A stretch of 64,000 nt of DNA. Origin: an uncultured Acidobacteriota bacterium (GTDB taxonomy: Bacteria; Acidobacteriota; Thermoanaerobaculia; Multivoradales; UBA5704). The DNA lies in the NCBI GenBank assembly GCA_963770895.1, contig CAVYRF010000001.1:1792001-1856000 (forward strand), read 5' to 3'. Under the pieces are notes generated by a model. That model was not told the DNA's origin. It ran no database searches and worked only from the letters and a program-made list of their open reading frames with translations. A program made the position numbers and the translations under genes. This document shows positions 1 through 8,831 of the stretch, in pieces; the first letter of the stretch is position 1; each line of letters opens with the position of its first letter.

Positions 1-132
1 CGCGACCTGTTCGAAGAGCTGGGCGCGACGCGCTACCGCGAACGGGTGGAGCAGCTGGCGGCGGCGCGCGGCGAGTCGTGGCTGGAGCGCGCGGCCGGCG
101 GCAGCCAGCCGCCGCCTCAGGCCGGCGGCTGA
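1..132 (+). CDS. 3' end of a gene entering the window (possibly a TPR/ATPase-regulator C-terminus)
   Basis: Frame 1 reads RDLFEELGATRYRERVEQLAAARGESW...GG, stop TGA at 130-132, with typical high-GC3 codons; converges on the gene ending at 117. Confidence 0.55.
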   Translation, partial: RDLFEELGATRYRERVEQLAAARGESWLERAAGGSQPPPQAGG

Positions 133-1223
133 GCCAGGGCGGCGGCCAGCAGGTAGAGCTTGGCGGCGAGCGGCCGGCGGCGGTCGCAGACCAGCTTGAC
201 GTGGCTGAGGACGCGCGCGCAGCGCAGCGCGGCGGCGTCGCGGCCCAGCGGCCAGCGCCCGGGCGCCGTCCACAGGCTGTCCTGTCCCGGCCAGGCGAGC
301 GCCGCGTCGCGCGCCGCGGGCGAGCACAGACCGGCCGCGACCAGGCGGCCCAGCAGGCGCTCCCAGCGCGGATCGCGCCGCGGCTGGCGGGAAAACGAAA
401 CCTCGACGCCGACCCGCGGCCCGATGCTCTCCAGGTGGTGGTCCAGGTCGCAGGACAGGTGCAGGCGGCCGCCCTCGGCGAGCAGCGGCGCCAGCCCGGC
501 GACCCGCGCCGCCGCCGCCGGCGCCCGGAGCCGTTCCAGGAAGGCCACCAGGGGGGGCAGCTCGCTCCAGCCCGCCACCTCCAGGCGCACGGCGCGCGTC
601 CGGCGCGGCTGCAGGGCGAAGACGTAGAGCGGCCGGCCCGGCGGCGGCACCTCGCGCCAGCAGCGCTCCAGCAGCCGGCGCTGCGCGGCCGGCAGCGGCG
701 CGCCGCACATGGCCGGCAGCAACGTGGCGGCAACCCATTCGACCGCGGCCCCGGAGGCGAGCCGGGCGCAGAGGATCGGCTGCGGCAGCGCCGAGGGCGG
801 CGCGAGCGGGAGCGCCGACGCCGGCGCCGGCGGTGGGGGCGGCGCCGGGCGCAGGTCGAACTCCAGCCAGATCGAGGTGGCGTGGGCGCGCCAGTCGGGG
901 CGCGCCGCCCAGGTTCGCAGGAAGCGCTGCCAGCCGGGAGTGGCGGCCGTCGCCGTCGGGTCGCCCCCGTCGGCGGCGCCGCCGCCCAGCGCCAGCGTCA
1001 TCGCCTGGGCGGGACTGGTCACCCGCAACGACAGGTCGACGCGGTGCGGTGTCCTGCCGGCAGGTGTCAGGCTGGTTTCGAACACCAGCGCCCCATCGCC
1101 CGGCAGCCGGCCGGCGAGCGCACGCAGGCTCGCCACCGATCGGCGGCCGGCCAGGCAGGCGGGAAGGCGCGGCAGCACCACCTCCAGCCAGTCCGCCGCG
1201 CTGGCAGAAGCGGCAGGAGGCAC
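117..1223 (-). CDS. Nif11-precursor-associated modifying enzyme, probable ABBA-barrel peptide prenyltransferase-like protein
   Basis: C-terminal part of ORF 117..1529; likely GTG start at 1223 just after the precursor stop. Motifs VFETSL, RVDLSL, IWLEFDL, AVRLEV, IGPRVGVEV, GLCS, SHVKLV..AKLYL. Confidence 0.6.
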   Translation of the reverse strand: MPPAASASAADWLEVVLPRLPACLAGRRSVASLRALAGRLPGDGALVFETSLTPAGRTPHRVDLSLRVTSPAQAMTLALGGGAADGGDPTATAATPGWQRFLRTWAARPDWRAHATSIWLEFDLRPAPPPPPAPASALPLAPPSALPQPILCARLASGAAVEWVAATLLPAMCGAPLPAAQRRLLERCWREVPPPGRPLYVFALQPRRTRAVRLEVAGWSELPPLVAFLERLRAPAAAARVAGLAPLLAEGGRLHLSCDLDHHLESIGPRVGVEVSFSRQPRRDPRWERLLGRLVAAGLCSPAARDAALAWPGQDSLWTAPGRWPLGRDAAALRCARVLSHVKLVCDRRRPLAAKLYLLAAALAQPPA

Positions 1224-1273
1224 GATGTCAGAAGTGTCCGGCGCGGCAGCCGCCGCCGGCCGCGATGGCTGGT

Positions 1274-1516
1274 CTAGCTGCCGCTGGGAGGTGGATCGGT
1301 CGAGCTCCAGCCGCCGGCGGCCAGGTCCAGGTCGTCGTCCGACAGCTCGCCGGCGCGGTTGAGGGCTTCGGCCTCCGCGCGGGTGAAGTCGTAACCGCGC
1401 GCGCGAGCCCATTGCACCGCCGCCTCCAGATCCTGGGAGCGGCGCCGGAACTCCGCCGCCAGTTGGGCATTGCCATCGACATCGGAAAGGAAGCGCTCCA
1501 GCTCTTTCTGGCTCAT
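1274..1516 (-). CDS. Nif11-like leader RiPP precursor; core WSSTDPPPSGS
   Basis: MSQKELERFL...ARARGYDFT...GELSDDDLDLAAGG double-glycine leader followed by an 11-aa core. Confidence 0.9.
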   Translation of the reverse strand: MSQKELERFLSDVDGNAQLAAEFRRRSQDLEAAVQWARARGYDFTRAEAEALNRAGELSDDDLDLAAGGWSSTDPPPSGS

Positions 1517-1881
1517 CGTCCCACCCCACAGAGATACGGCAGCACGAGCTTGCAGCGGCCGCTCATCCTTGTGCCACTTCGAAAGTTAGTGTAGGAGGCG
1601 GGACCGCTCGCGTCAACGACGGGGGAAGCGGCAGAATCGTGTCTTATCCAACCAGATGAATCCATTGCGCTGGATCGCGAGGCATCCGGCAGATGAAGTC
1701 TGTGCCTGATAGCAAGTAGACTGGCATATCTAACTGATTGTTGCCGATTTGGCATGCCGTTCGCATCTCCGGTCGACTGAGCTCCTGCGACGCCGCCCAG
1801 ACCTGAGTCGAACCGGCCTGCCCGCAACCGCGCGTGGCGCCGGCCGGGGGGCGGTGTGGTCGCACGAAACGGGGGTGAACG

Positions 1882-3828
1882 ATGAAGAGCAGGGCGTCTC
1901 GGCTTGGCAGGTCGGTCGGGTTCGCCCGCGGCGCGGGTGGCGTCGCGGTTCTCTGGATCGCCACCGAGGTGGTGCTTGCGGGTGGCGGCGCAGGCCCGGT
2001 CTGGGCGGGACCCGCTACGGCGGGGCCGGCGGCCGGCGGTGGGGCCGGCGCGCCGAGCGCAGGTGGGGCGGTGACGCTGCCGCTTGCACAGTTCGAGGAG
2101 CTGCGGGCGCGCGCGCAGGTCGCGGCCGAGCCGCCGGCTATGCCGCCGGCACCGTTTGCGATCTTGAGCGACCAGGTGGAGATCGCGGTCGGGCCGAGCA
2201 GCGCGGCGGTGTTGCAGCGGCTCACGGTGCGGGTGCTGAGCCGCGATTGGGTGGAGGTGCCGCTGGGCGACGCGGGCTCGCTGGTGGAGGCCGACCTGGG
2301 GGGGCTGGAAGGGCAGGTGCAGGCCGGCCGCGGCGAAACCGTGCTGCGCGTGCGCGGCGCCGGAGACCACCAGCTGCGCCTGAGCTCGGCGGTGGCGGTG
2401 GCCGCCGATTCGGCGGCGACGCGGCCGGCGTGGCGGTTTGCGCTGCGCCTGCCGGTGGCGGCGGTGGTGCACGGCCGGCTGGTGGCGTCACCGGCGCTCG
2501 CCGGCAAGGTCGAGGATGCGGCCCTGGAGGCGGGCGGCTTTGCGGAGCCGGGAAGCGCGGCCGCGGGGTGGAGCTTCGCCGGCGAGCCGGGCCGCGAGCT
2601 GCGCGCCGGGCTTCTGGGGCGCGCGGTGGTGCCGGAGAGGGCGCGGCTGCCGCTGCGTTTCGAGGCCACCTCGGCCAGCTCCCTGACGGTGTCGCGGACC
2701 CGCCTCAAGGTGCGTGCCTGGGTGCAGGCGCGCGTGGCGCAGGGGAGCCTGCCGGAGCTGGTGTTGCGGCTGCCCCAGGGGCTGGTGGTCGAAGGCGTGA
2801 CGGGGACGCAGGTGGCGGGCTGGAAGGTGGCCGACGGCGCCCTGGCGGTGACTCCCTTTACCGCCGCCGAAGATCAGTTGACGGTGGAGGTGGAGCTCAG
2901 CGGCGCGCCGGTGGACGCCCTTGCGGCGCCGCTGCTGGTGCCGGCGGGCGCCGGGCGCACCACCTACCTGGCGCGCGCGGCGGTGCAGGGTGACGGCCTG
3001 CTCGAAGTGGCCGACCGCGGCTCGACGCGGCCGCCCGACGCCGCCGAGATCGCACCCCTGGGCGACCAGGCCGCCGCCTGGACGGCGGGCACCGGCGGCA
3101 AGGCCTGGCTGGTCGGCGACGCCGCGCAGCCGCCGCGCTGGCACGCCCTGTGGGCCGAGCGCACCGAGGTGCTGGCGGCGCAGATCGATCAGCTCTGGCT
3201 GGAGGTGGCCGCCGGTGAGGCGGGGCGCGCGACCTACCAGGTGTGGGCGCTGGTGCGCAACCGCGGCAGCACCGACCTGGAACTGCTGCCACCGGCCGGA
3301 TTCGAGCTGCGACAGGCGAGCCGCGATGGCGTGCCGATGCCCGTGGGGATGGCTGCCGGCGGCGGCCTGACGATGCCGCTGCTGGCGCGCGAGGCGCCGC
3401 AGGTGATCCACCTGTCCGGCCTGGTACCGCTGCAGCTGCCCACAGGAAAAGGGGAGCTGGCGGTGCCGCTGCCGGCGCTTTCGGCCCCCGCCGCGCGCAT
3501 CGACGTGCGGCTGCTGCTGCCGGCCGCCGGCCGCGCCTACGCGCTGGCGGACCGCACGCGCGCGGCGCCGGCCGCGGTGCCGCCGCCGTCGCCGTCGCCG
3601 TCGCCAGCGGCGACGGGCGCGACGCCACCGGGGGCGCTGGGTGGCGGCGACCTCGCGGCGCAGGTCCGGCAGCTGCCTGCCGCGGCGGCGGTCCTCGACC
3701 GCGCCCTGCCCGGCGAGCTTCCGCAGGGCTTTGTCGAGCTGAATGCGAGCTGGAGCGCGCTGTCCGCAACACCGGGACCGCTTGCCATCTCCGTGATGGC
3801 GCGAAAGGACGGTGAGCCATGGTTCTGA
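1882..3828 (+). CDS. Secreted/exported hypothetical protein (first of a related pair)
   Basis: 648-aa ORF with coherent GC3 bias and an N-terminal hydrophobic segment; overlaps the start of the next gene; GAVTLPLAQFEEL resembles GEVSLSLKDYLTL of the next ORF. Confidence 0.8.
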   Translation: MKSRASRLGRSVGFARGAGGVAVLWIATEVVLAGGGAGPVWAGPATAGPAAGGGAGAPSAGGAVTLPLAQFEELRARAQVAAEPPAMPPAPFAILSDQVEIAVGPSSAAVLQRLTVRVLSRDWVEVPLGDAGSLVEADLGGLEGQVQAGRGETVLRVRGAGDHQLRLSSAVAVAADSAATRPAWRFALRLPVAAVVHGRLVASPALAGKVEDAALEAGGFAEPGSAAAGWSFAGEPGRELRAGLLGRAVVPERARLPLRFEATSASSLTVSRTRLKVRAWVQARVAQGSLPELVLRLPQGLVVEGVTGTQVAGWKVADGALAVTPFTAAEDQLTVEVELSGAPVDALAAPLLVPAGAGRTTYLARAAVQGDGLLEVADRGSTRPPDAAEIAPLGDQAAAWTAGTGGKAWLVGDAAQPPRWHALWAERTEVLAAQIDQLWLEVAAGEAGRATYQVWALVRNRGSTDLELLPPAGFELRQASRDGVPMPVGMAAGGGLTMPLLAREAPQVIHLSGLVPLQLPTGKGELAVPLPALSAPAARIDVRLLLPAAGRAYALADRTRAAPAAVPPPSPSPSPAATGATPPGALGGGDLAAQVRQLPAAAAVLDRALPGELPQGFVELNASWSALSATPGPLAISVMARKDGEPWF

Positions 3829-6218
3829 GCAGAAGATTCGTCGTCGTCGTTGTCGCCGCCTCGACGGTGATCGCCGCCTCCTCCGCCTGCTTCCCGGCCG
3901 CGGCGGCGGAGGTGCAGCCGGCGCGCGCGGGCGAGGTCAGCCTGTCGCTCAAGGACTACCTGACTCTCAAGGACAGCGCGGAGCGCGCCGACACGCAGCG
4001 GCAGGCGGCGGCGCACCGCGAGGCGCCGGTCGCCGCGGTGGCGGCGCAGCACACGGCCGTCGACGTCGGCCGCGCCGGCGGCACCACCGCCGCCCCAGGC
4101 GGGGCGCGCGCGGCGCTCGCGGCGCGTTTCTCGTCGCAGCTCGAAGTCCTGGTGCAGGGTCGGCCGCAACAGCCGATCGCGCTGCCGTCGGCCGGCCTGG
4201 TGTCGGCGGTCGAGGTGCTCCCGGCCGGCTCCGGCGCGACGGCGGCCGGCGCCGGACCGCACGGACCAGGGCTTTTCCTGGTCGCCCCGGAGGCGGGGCG
4301 CTACGGCGTGCGGGTGCGCAGCGAAGAGCGCGTCGTCGACGACTTCGGGGTGAGCCGCGTGGCGTTGCCGCCGATCTTGGCGCCGGTCGCCGCGATGGAT
4401 GTGACGCTCCCCGCCGACCTGGCCTGGGAGTGCGCCGGCATGGTGGTCATCGAGGATCGCGTCGACGGCGGCAGCCGGCGGCTGCGGCTGTCAGGTCCGC
4501 GCGGCCTCGAGCCGGTGCTGGTGCTGCGCCAGGCGGTGGCGGGCGATCAGGCGGCGGAGCTGCTGGTGCAGGACGTCGCCGCCACCCTGCTGCAGCTGCG
4601 TCCGGAAGGGCTGCGGCGCCAGGACGTCATCCTGTACGAGGTGAAGCGCGGCGGTCTGGCCGACCTGGTGGTCGATCTGCCGCCCGGCCTGGAGGTGGAA
4701 CGCGCGGCGACCGACGAAGGGCTGGTGACCGCGGTCGCGGAAGGGCGCCGCCTCACCGTGCACCGCCGCCAACGCCTCACAGGGAGCGGCTACCTGGTGC
4801 TCACCTCGCGCCCGCCGGGAGGCCCCGGCCTGCTGCCGCTGGCGGCGGTCGCGCCGCAGCCGGCGCCGCGGGCCCGCTATCTCGCGGTGGCCGCCACGGT
4901 GCCGGGCCGCCTGGCGCCGCAACCGGCCGCGGCCTGGACGCGCGTCGACCTGGACGACCTGCCGGCTCCGCTCCAGGGAGCGCTCACGGCGCTCGACTCC
5001 ACCAGCGCCTGGCGCCAGGCGGCGGACGGCCGCGACGCCGCGGCGGTCGAATGGAGCACGACACCACAGGCCAGCAGCCTGGAGACCGTGGTGCAGCGGC
5101 GCCAGACCACGACGCTGCTCAGCGCCGACGGCACCCTTTTGCATCGCGACAGCTTCGAGCTGGCGCAGGCGGGAGCGGTGCTGTCGCTGGACCTCCCCGC
5201 CGGCGCCACGCTGTGGTCGGCGGCGATCGACGGCACCGCGGTGCGGCCGTTGCAGCGCGGCAGCCGGCTCGACGTGCCGCTCGGCGGCGGCGCCCGCGTG
5301 GTCGAGGTGGTGGAGGTCCTGCCGCGCGCCATCGCAGCGGGCGGCAGGTCGCGGCTCAGCTTCGAGCTGGCGCAGGTCGCGGCTCCGGTCGTCGAACACC
5401 GCTGGCGGCTGCTGCTGCCGGCCAGCGCGCGCTATCGCTTTGCCGGCGGCTCGCTGCAACCCATCCCGGCGCCGCAGCCGGCGGCGGCGGACATGGCGGT
5501 ACGAGCGAAGGTCCGCTGGCTGGGGCCGGTGCCGACGGCCAGGGATCCGTGGGTGATCCTGCAGTCGACTCCGGGCGTGATGACCGATCGCGTCAACCGC
5601 GGTGGCAACGAGAGCGGCCAGAATTCGGCCTACGTCCGTCCGGCCTCGGGAGCGTCCGCGGCACTGCAAGGGCAGGTCACCGATCCCGGTGGTACGCCGC
5701 TCCCCGGCGTCGACATCAGCCTGGCGCCGGTGGAGCAGCAGGGGCAGAAGCTGACGCAGGTGTCGGGGCCGGATGGGCGGTTTGCCTTTACCGGCGTGTC
5801 CGCCGGCCAGTATCACCTGAAGGCCCAGCTCGACGGCTTCGCGGTGACCGAGGTCCCCAACGTGCGCCTCGATGCGGGGGCCGCGCAAGCCGTCGAGCTG
5901 GTGCTGAGCAACACGACCGAAGAGGTGATCACCGTGACCTCTGAGGCGCCGCTGCTCGACGAGCGCAGGCTGAGCACCGGCGCCACGGTGTCCACGGCGG
6001 ACATGCGCCAGGTGCCCACTGCCAGGGCGCCGGCCGCGCCGGCGCCGGCATCGCCCCAGCTGCTCGACGAGCTCCACAACGGCCTGGCCGGCGGCGTCCG
6101 GCCGCTGCCGATCAGCGTGCCGGAGAGCGGCAAGGCGCTGCTCCTTGCGGGCGTCCTGCCGCCGGCGCGCGTCACCCTCGAGCTCGAGGTGAAGGCCGAC
6201 CGCCGGCACGGCGACTGA
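3819..6218 (+). CDS. Secreted protein with carboxypeptidase-regulatory-like domain and TonB-receptor N-terminal/plug segments
   Basis: Signal peptide; LQGQVTDPGGTPLPGV...DGRFAFTGVSAGQYHLKAQLDGF domain; PTARDPWVILQSTPGV and EEVITVTSEAPLLDERR motifs. Confidence 0.8.
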   Translation: MVLSRRFVVVVVAASTVIAASSACFPAAAAEVQPARAGEVSLSLKDYLTLKDSAERADTQRQAAAHREAPVAAVAAQHTAVDVGRAGGTTAAPGGARAALAARFSSQLEVLVQGRPQQPIALPSAGLVSAVEVLPAGSGATAAGAGPHGPGLFLVAPEAGRYGVRVRSEERVVDDFGVSRVALPPILAPVAAMDVTLPADLAWECAGMVVIEDRVDGGSRRLRLSGPRGLEPVLVLRQAVAGDQAAELLVQDVAATLLQLRPEGLRRQDVILYEVKRGGLADLVVDLPPGLEVERAATDEGLVTAVAEGRRLTVHRRQRLTGSGYLVLTSRPPGGPGLLPLAAVAPQPAPRARYLAVAATVPGRLAPQPAAAWTRVDLDDLPAPLQGALTALDSTSAWRQAADGRDAAAVEWSTTPQASSLETVVQRRQTTTLLSADGTLLHRDSFELAQAGAVLSLDLPAGATLWSAAIDGTAVRPLQRGSRLDVPLGGGARVVEVVEVLPRAIAAGGRSRLSFELAQVAAPVVEHRWRLLLPASARYRFAGGSLQPIPAPQPAAADMAVRAKVRWLGPVPTARDPWVILQSTPGVMTDRVNRGGNESGQNSAYVRPASGASAALQGQVTDPGGTPLPGVDISLAPVEQQGQKLTQVSGPDGRFAFTGVSAGQYHLKAQLDGFAVTEVPNVRLDAGAAQAVELVLSNTTEEVITVTSEAPLLDERRLSTGATVSTADMRQVPTARAPAAPAPASPQLLDELHNGLAGGVRPLPISVPESGKALLLAGVLPPARVTLELEVKADRRHGD

Positions 6219-6233
6219 CCCTGGCCCGCCCGA

Positions 6234-6271
6234 GCCCCGCCGGCGCGCGGCCGGCATCGCCGCCGGCGGGG
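6234..6271 (+). terminator. GC-rich hairpin after the gene pair
   Basis: ccccgccggcg...cgccggcgggg inverted repeat just downstream of the stop at 6218; no U-tract. Confidence 0.35.
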
Positions 6272-6424
6272 AGCCGTACCGGCCGCGGGCGCTGTCCCAG
6301 ATGTCCCACAACCCGGAAACCATCACACCACTCGGATGAGGGCTCCCCGTGTCCTGCCGAGTCCGGCGACGGAGCGATCGGCGGTCGGCGGCCGTGGGAG
6401 ATCCGTGCAAGGGAAGGAGAGCCT

Positions 6425-6649
6425 ATGAACCGTACGCGATGTCTCCTGTTGGGCCTGGCGGTCGGGTTGATGATGCTGGCGGGCAGAGCGCAGGTCGAGG
6501 CCGTGCCGTGCGAAGAGTGCATCTGCCTCCAGAACTGCGAGGCCATCGAGACGCAATGCCTGGATCGCTGCGACGGCAACGGTACCTGCGAGACCAACTG
6601 CGAGCACGAATACGCCACCTGCTACGACGGCTGCCTGGGCATCCGCTGA
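6425..6649 (+). CDS. Small secreted Cys-rich protein, (CX3C)4 pattern
   Basis: SD aaggag upstream; signal peptide ending VEA; CLQNC-6-CLDRC-DGNGT-CETNC-6-CYDGC. Confidence 0.85.
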   Translation: MNRTRCLLLGLAVGLMMLAGRAQVEAVPCEECICLQNCEAIETQCLDRCDGNGTCETNCEHEYATCYDGCLGIR

Positions 6650-6747
6650 TCCAGCTCCCCTCCCTCGACCGCCGGCCCTGTCCGCGTTGCGGTAGGGCCG
6701 GCAGCACCGGCAAGCACCCCCTGTTTCCCGATTGATCTCCCGGTTCG

Positions 6748-8610
6748 CTAGGGCTGGGCGGTGAGCGCCGCGAGATCGTCGCTGAGCGGCGGCTCGGCGG
6801 CGAAGGCGGCGGCCAGGGGGGCGTCCTGGTGGTAGACGTCGGGGCGGGTCTCGATCGTGCCGTCGGGGTCGGCCCAGGCGGTCTGGTAGAGGATGTAGAT
6901 GGGGATGGGTTGGGGCAGGGCGACGGTGGTGGTGCGGCCGCTGCCGACGGCGGTTTCGATCGCGTCGGGAGACCACTGCGGATCGGTCCGCAGCAGGTAT
7001 GCGGCCAGGTCGGCGGGGTGTTCGAGGCGGACGCAGCCGTGGCTGAATGCGCGCTCGGAGCGGGCGAAGAGGGCGCGGCTGCCGGGAGTGTCGTGGAGGT
7101 AGATGTCGAAGGGGTTGGCGATGACGAACTTGTAGCGGCCCAGGGCGTTGGCGGTGCCGGGTGGCTGGCGCAGGCGGTAGGGTGAGCCGTTCCTGCCCAG
7201 CTGGCGAATGTCCTGGTCGCTCAGCGCATCGGCGTCGATCGGGTCGTCGTCGCCACGGCGGTGGATCTCGTAGCCTTTGCGCGCCAGGTAGTCGGGATCT
7301 CGCAGCAGCTGCGGCGCCACCTCGGCGGAGGCGATGGAGTCCGGGATCCTCCAGGGCGGGTTCAGCACGACGTGGGTGAGGGTTGCGGCCAGGACCGGTG
7401 TCTCATGGTGCGGCTTGCCGACGATGATTCTCATGGTGAGGGTGGGCACGCCGTTTTCCACCACCACCAGCTGGTAGGCGGGAATGTTGACCAGGATGTA
7501 GCGGCTGCCGGGATCGCGCGTCCAGCGCCAGCGCTCCAGATTGATCTCGATCTGGCGGATGCGGGCGGCGATGGGGGTGTTGAGCTCGGCGAGCGTGGCA
7601 TCGTCCACGCCCGCGGACTTCGGCTTCAGCCCGTGGGCGGCCTGGAAGCGGGCGACGGCTGCGGCCAGGGACGTGTCGAAGCGAGCGCCCGCGCCCGCCG
7701 CGCCCGCCGCGTCCGGCTCCCCGGAGGGCGGAGCGAGCTCGCCCGACGCGGCCAGGCGCGCGGCCAGCGCCGCGACGCGGGGCCCCTGGTCGCCGGGGCG
7801 CAGGGGCGGCCCGTCCGGGATCTCCGGCCAGCCGCCGCGCGCGGCGAGCGCGCGGTAGCGGGTCAGCGCCTGCCGCAAGCGCTCATAGTCCGGTGAGTGC
7901 GGCTCCGCGCCGGCCAGCGCCCCGGCGACGTCCTCGCCCGGTCCCAGCGCGCGCTCGAGCGCCGCGGCCAGATCGACGTTCGGGCGCTCCGCATACCAGC
8001 CCTCGCGCGTCCTTTCGGCGGTCGGCACGCAGCCGCTCGACAGGTGCGCCGCAACGGTCAGGAAGGTGAAACTGAGCGCCGCGTCCAGCGACGCCATGCC
8101 CGCCGCGCCGCGCATGCCGCCGGCGGGCGCACCGGCCGCCTGGACTTGGCGCCGCAGCGCCTGGGTGGGGTAGAGCTGCGGATCGAAGCCATCCTCCGGG
8201 AGGGTGTCCAGGACGGCGAGCAGACGGCCGGCGCCGGGCCGCAGGTTGCCGTCGGCGTCCCACCAGGCCAGCCGGTGATCGCGCCGGGCATAGAACGTCC
8301 GCAGCGCACTCCACGCCCGGCGCCGTTCCGCACCGTGGCCTGACGTCGCCGGCAGCGAAGCCGCCTGCAGCTCGGACCGCAGCAGCAGCGCCGCCGCTTG
8401 CAGCGGCGGTGCCGGTGAGCTCGCGGCCGCGGCCGCCGGCGCTCCCGAAACCGCCGGCAAGGGGGCCTGGTGCCCCGCCGCCGTCTCGCTGGCCGACAGC
8501 AGAACGAACACCAGGCAGAAGGCTTCGAGCAGCAACCACGCACCCGCACCTTGCGAGGCGCGACGCCCGACCTGCCATCGACTCCCAGTCCGACCCCGTT
8601 GACCCGCCAT
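6748..8610 (-). CDS. ldtD: L,D-transpeptidase, YcbB/LdtD type, with peptidoglycan-binding domain
   Basis: INLERWRW, ILVNIPAY, IIVGK, NPPWRIP, NALGRYKF, IYLHDTP, RAFSHGCVRL catalytic motif; start taken at ATG 8610 with a purine-rich SD. Confidence 0.92.
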   Translation of the reverse strand: MAGQRGRTGSRWQVGRRASQGAGAWLLLEAFCLVFVLLSASETAAGHQAPLPAVSGAPAAAAASSPAPPLQAAALLLRSELQAASLPATSGHGAERRRAWSALRTFYARRDHRLAWWDADGNLRPGAGRLLAVLDTLPEDGFDPQLYPTQALRRQVQAAGAPAGGMRGAAGMASLDAALSFTFLTVAAHLSSGCVPTAERTREGWYAERPNVDLAAALERALGPGEDVAGALAGAEPHSPDYERLRQALTRYRALAARGGWPEIPDGPPLRPGDQGPRVAALAARLAASGELAPPSGEPDAAGAAGAGARFDTSLAAAVARFQAAHGLKPKSAGVDDATLAELNTPIAARIRQIEINLERWRWTRDPGSRYILVNIPAYQLVVVENGVPTLTMRIIVGKPHHETPVLAATLTHVVLNPPWRIPDSIASAEVAPQLLRDPDYLARKGYEIHRRGDDDPIDADALSDQDIRQLGRNGSPYRLRQPPGTANALGRYKFVIANPFDIYLHDTPGSRALFARSERAFSHGCVRLEHPADLAAYLLRTDPQWSPDAIETAVGSGRTTTVALPQPIPIYILYQTAWADPDGTIETRPDVYHQDAPLAAAFAAEPPLSDDLAALTAQP

Positions 8611-8831
8611 GACGTCCCCCCCTTCGCCGCGGCCGGCTGCATGCCCGCCGTGGGCACGATCCACCTATGCAACGATCGCGCACACCCCGCGGGCGGCCGG
8701 CGCTTCCCGAGGCGCCGGGCTCCGTCTCTCAACGAGCACTTGACTTCTGCGCCGATCGATGCCAAAATCGCAACATCGCGTGATTAATTTGCATTCGACG
8801 ATAGGTATAACTATCGTGGGGGGCGCATTCC

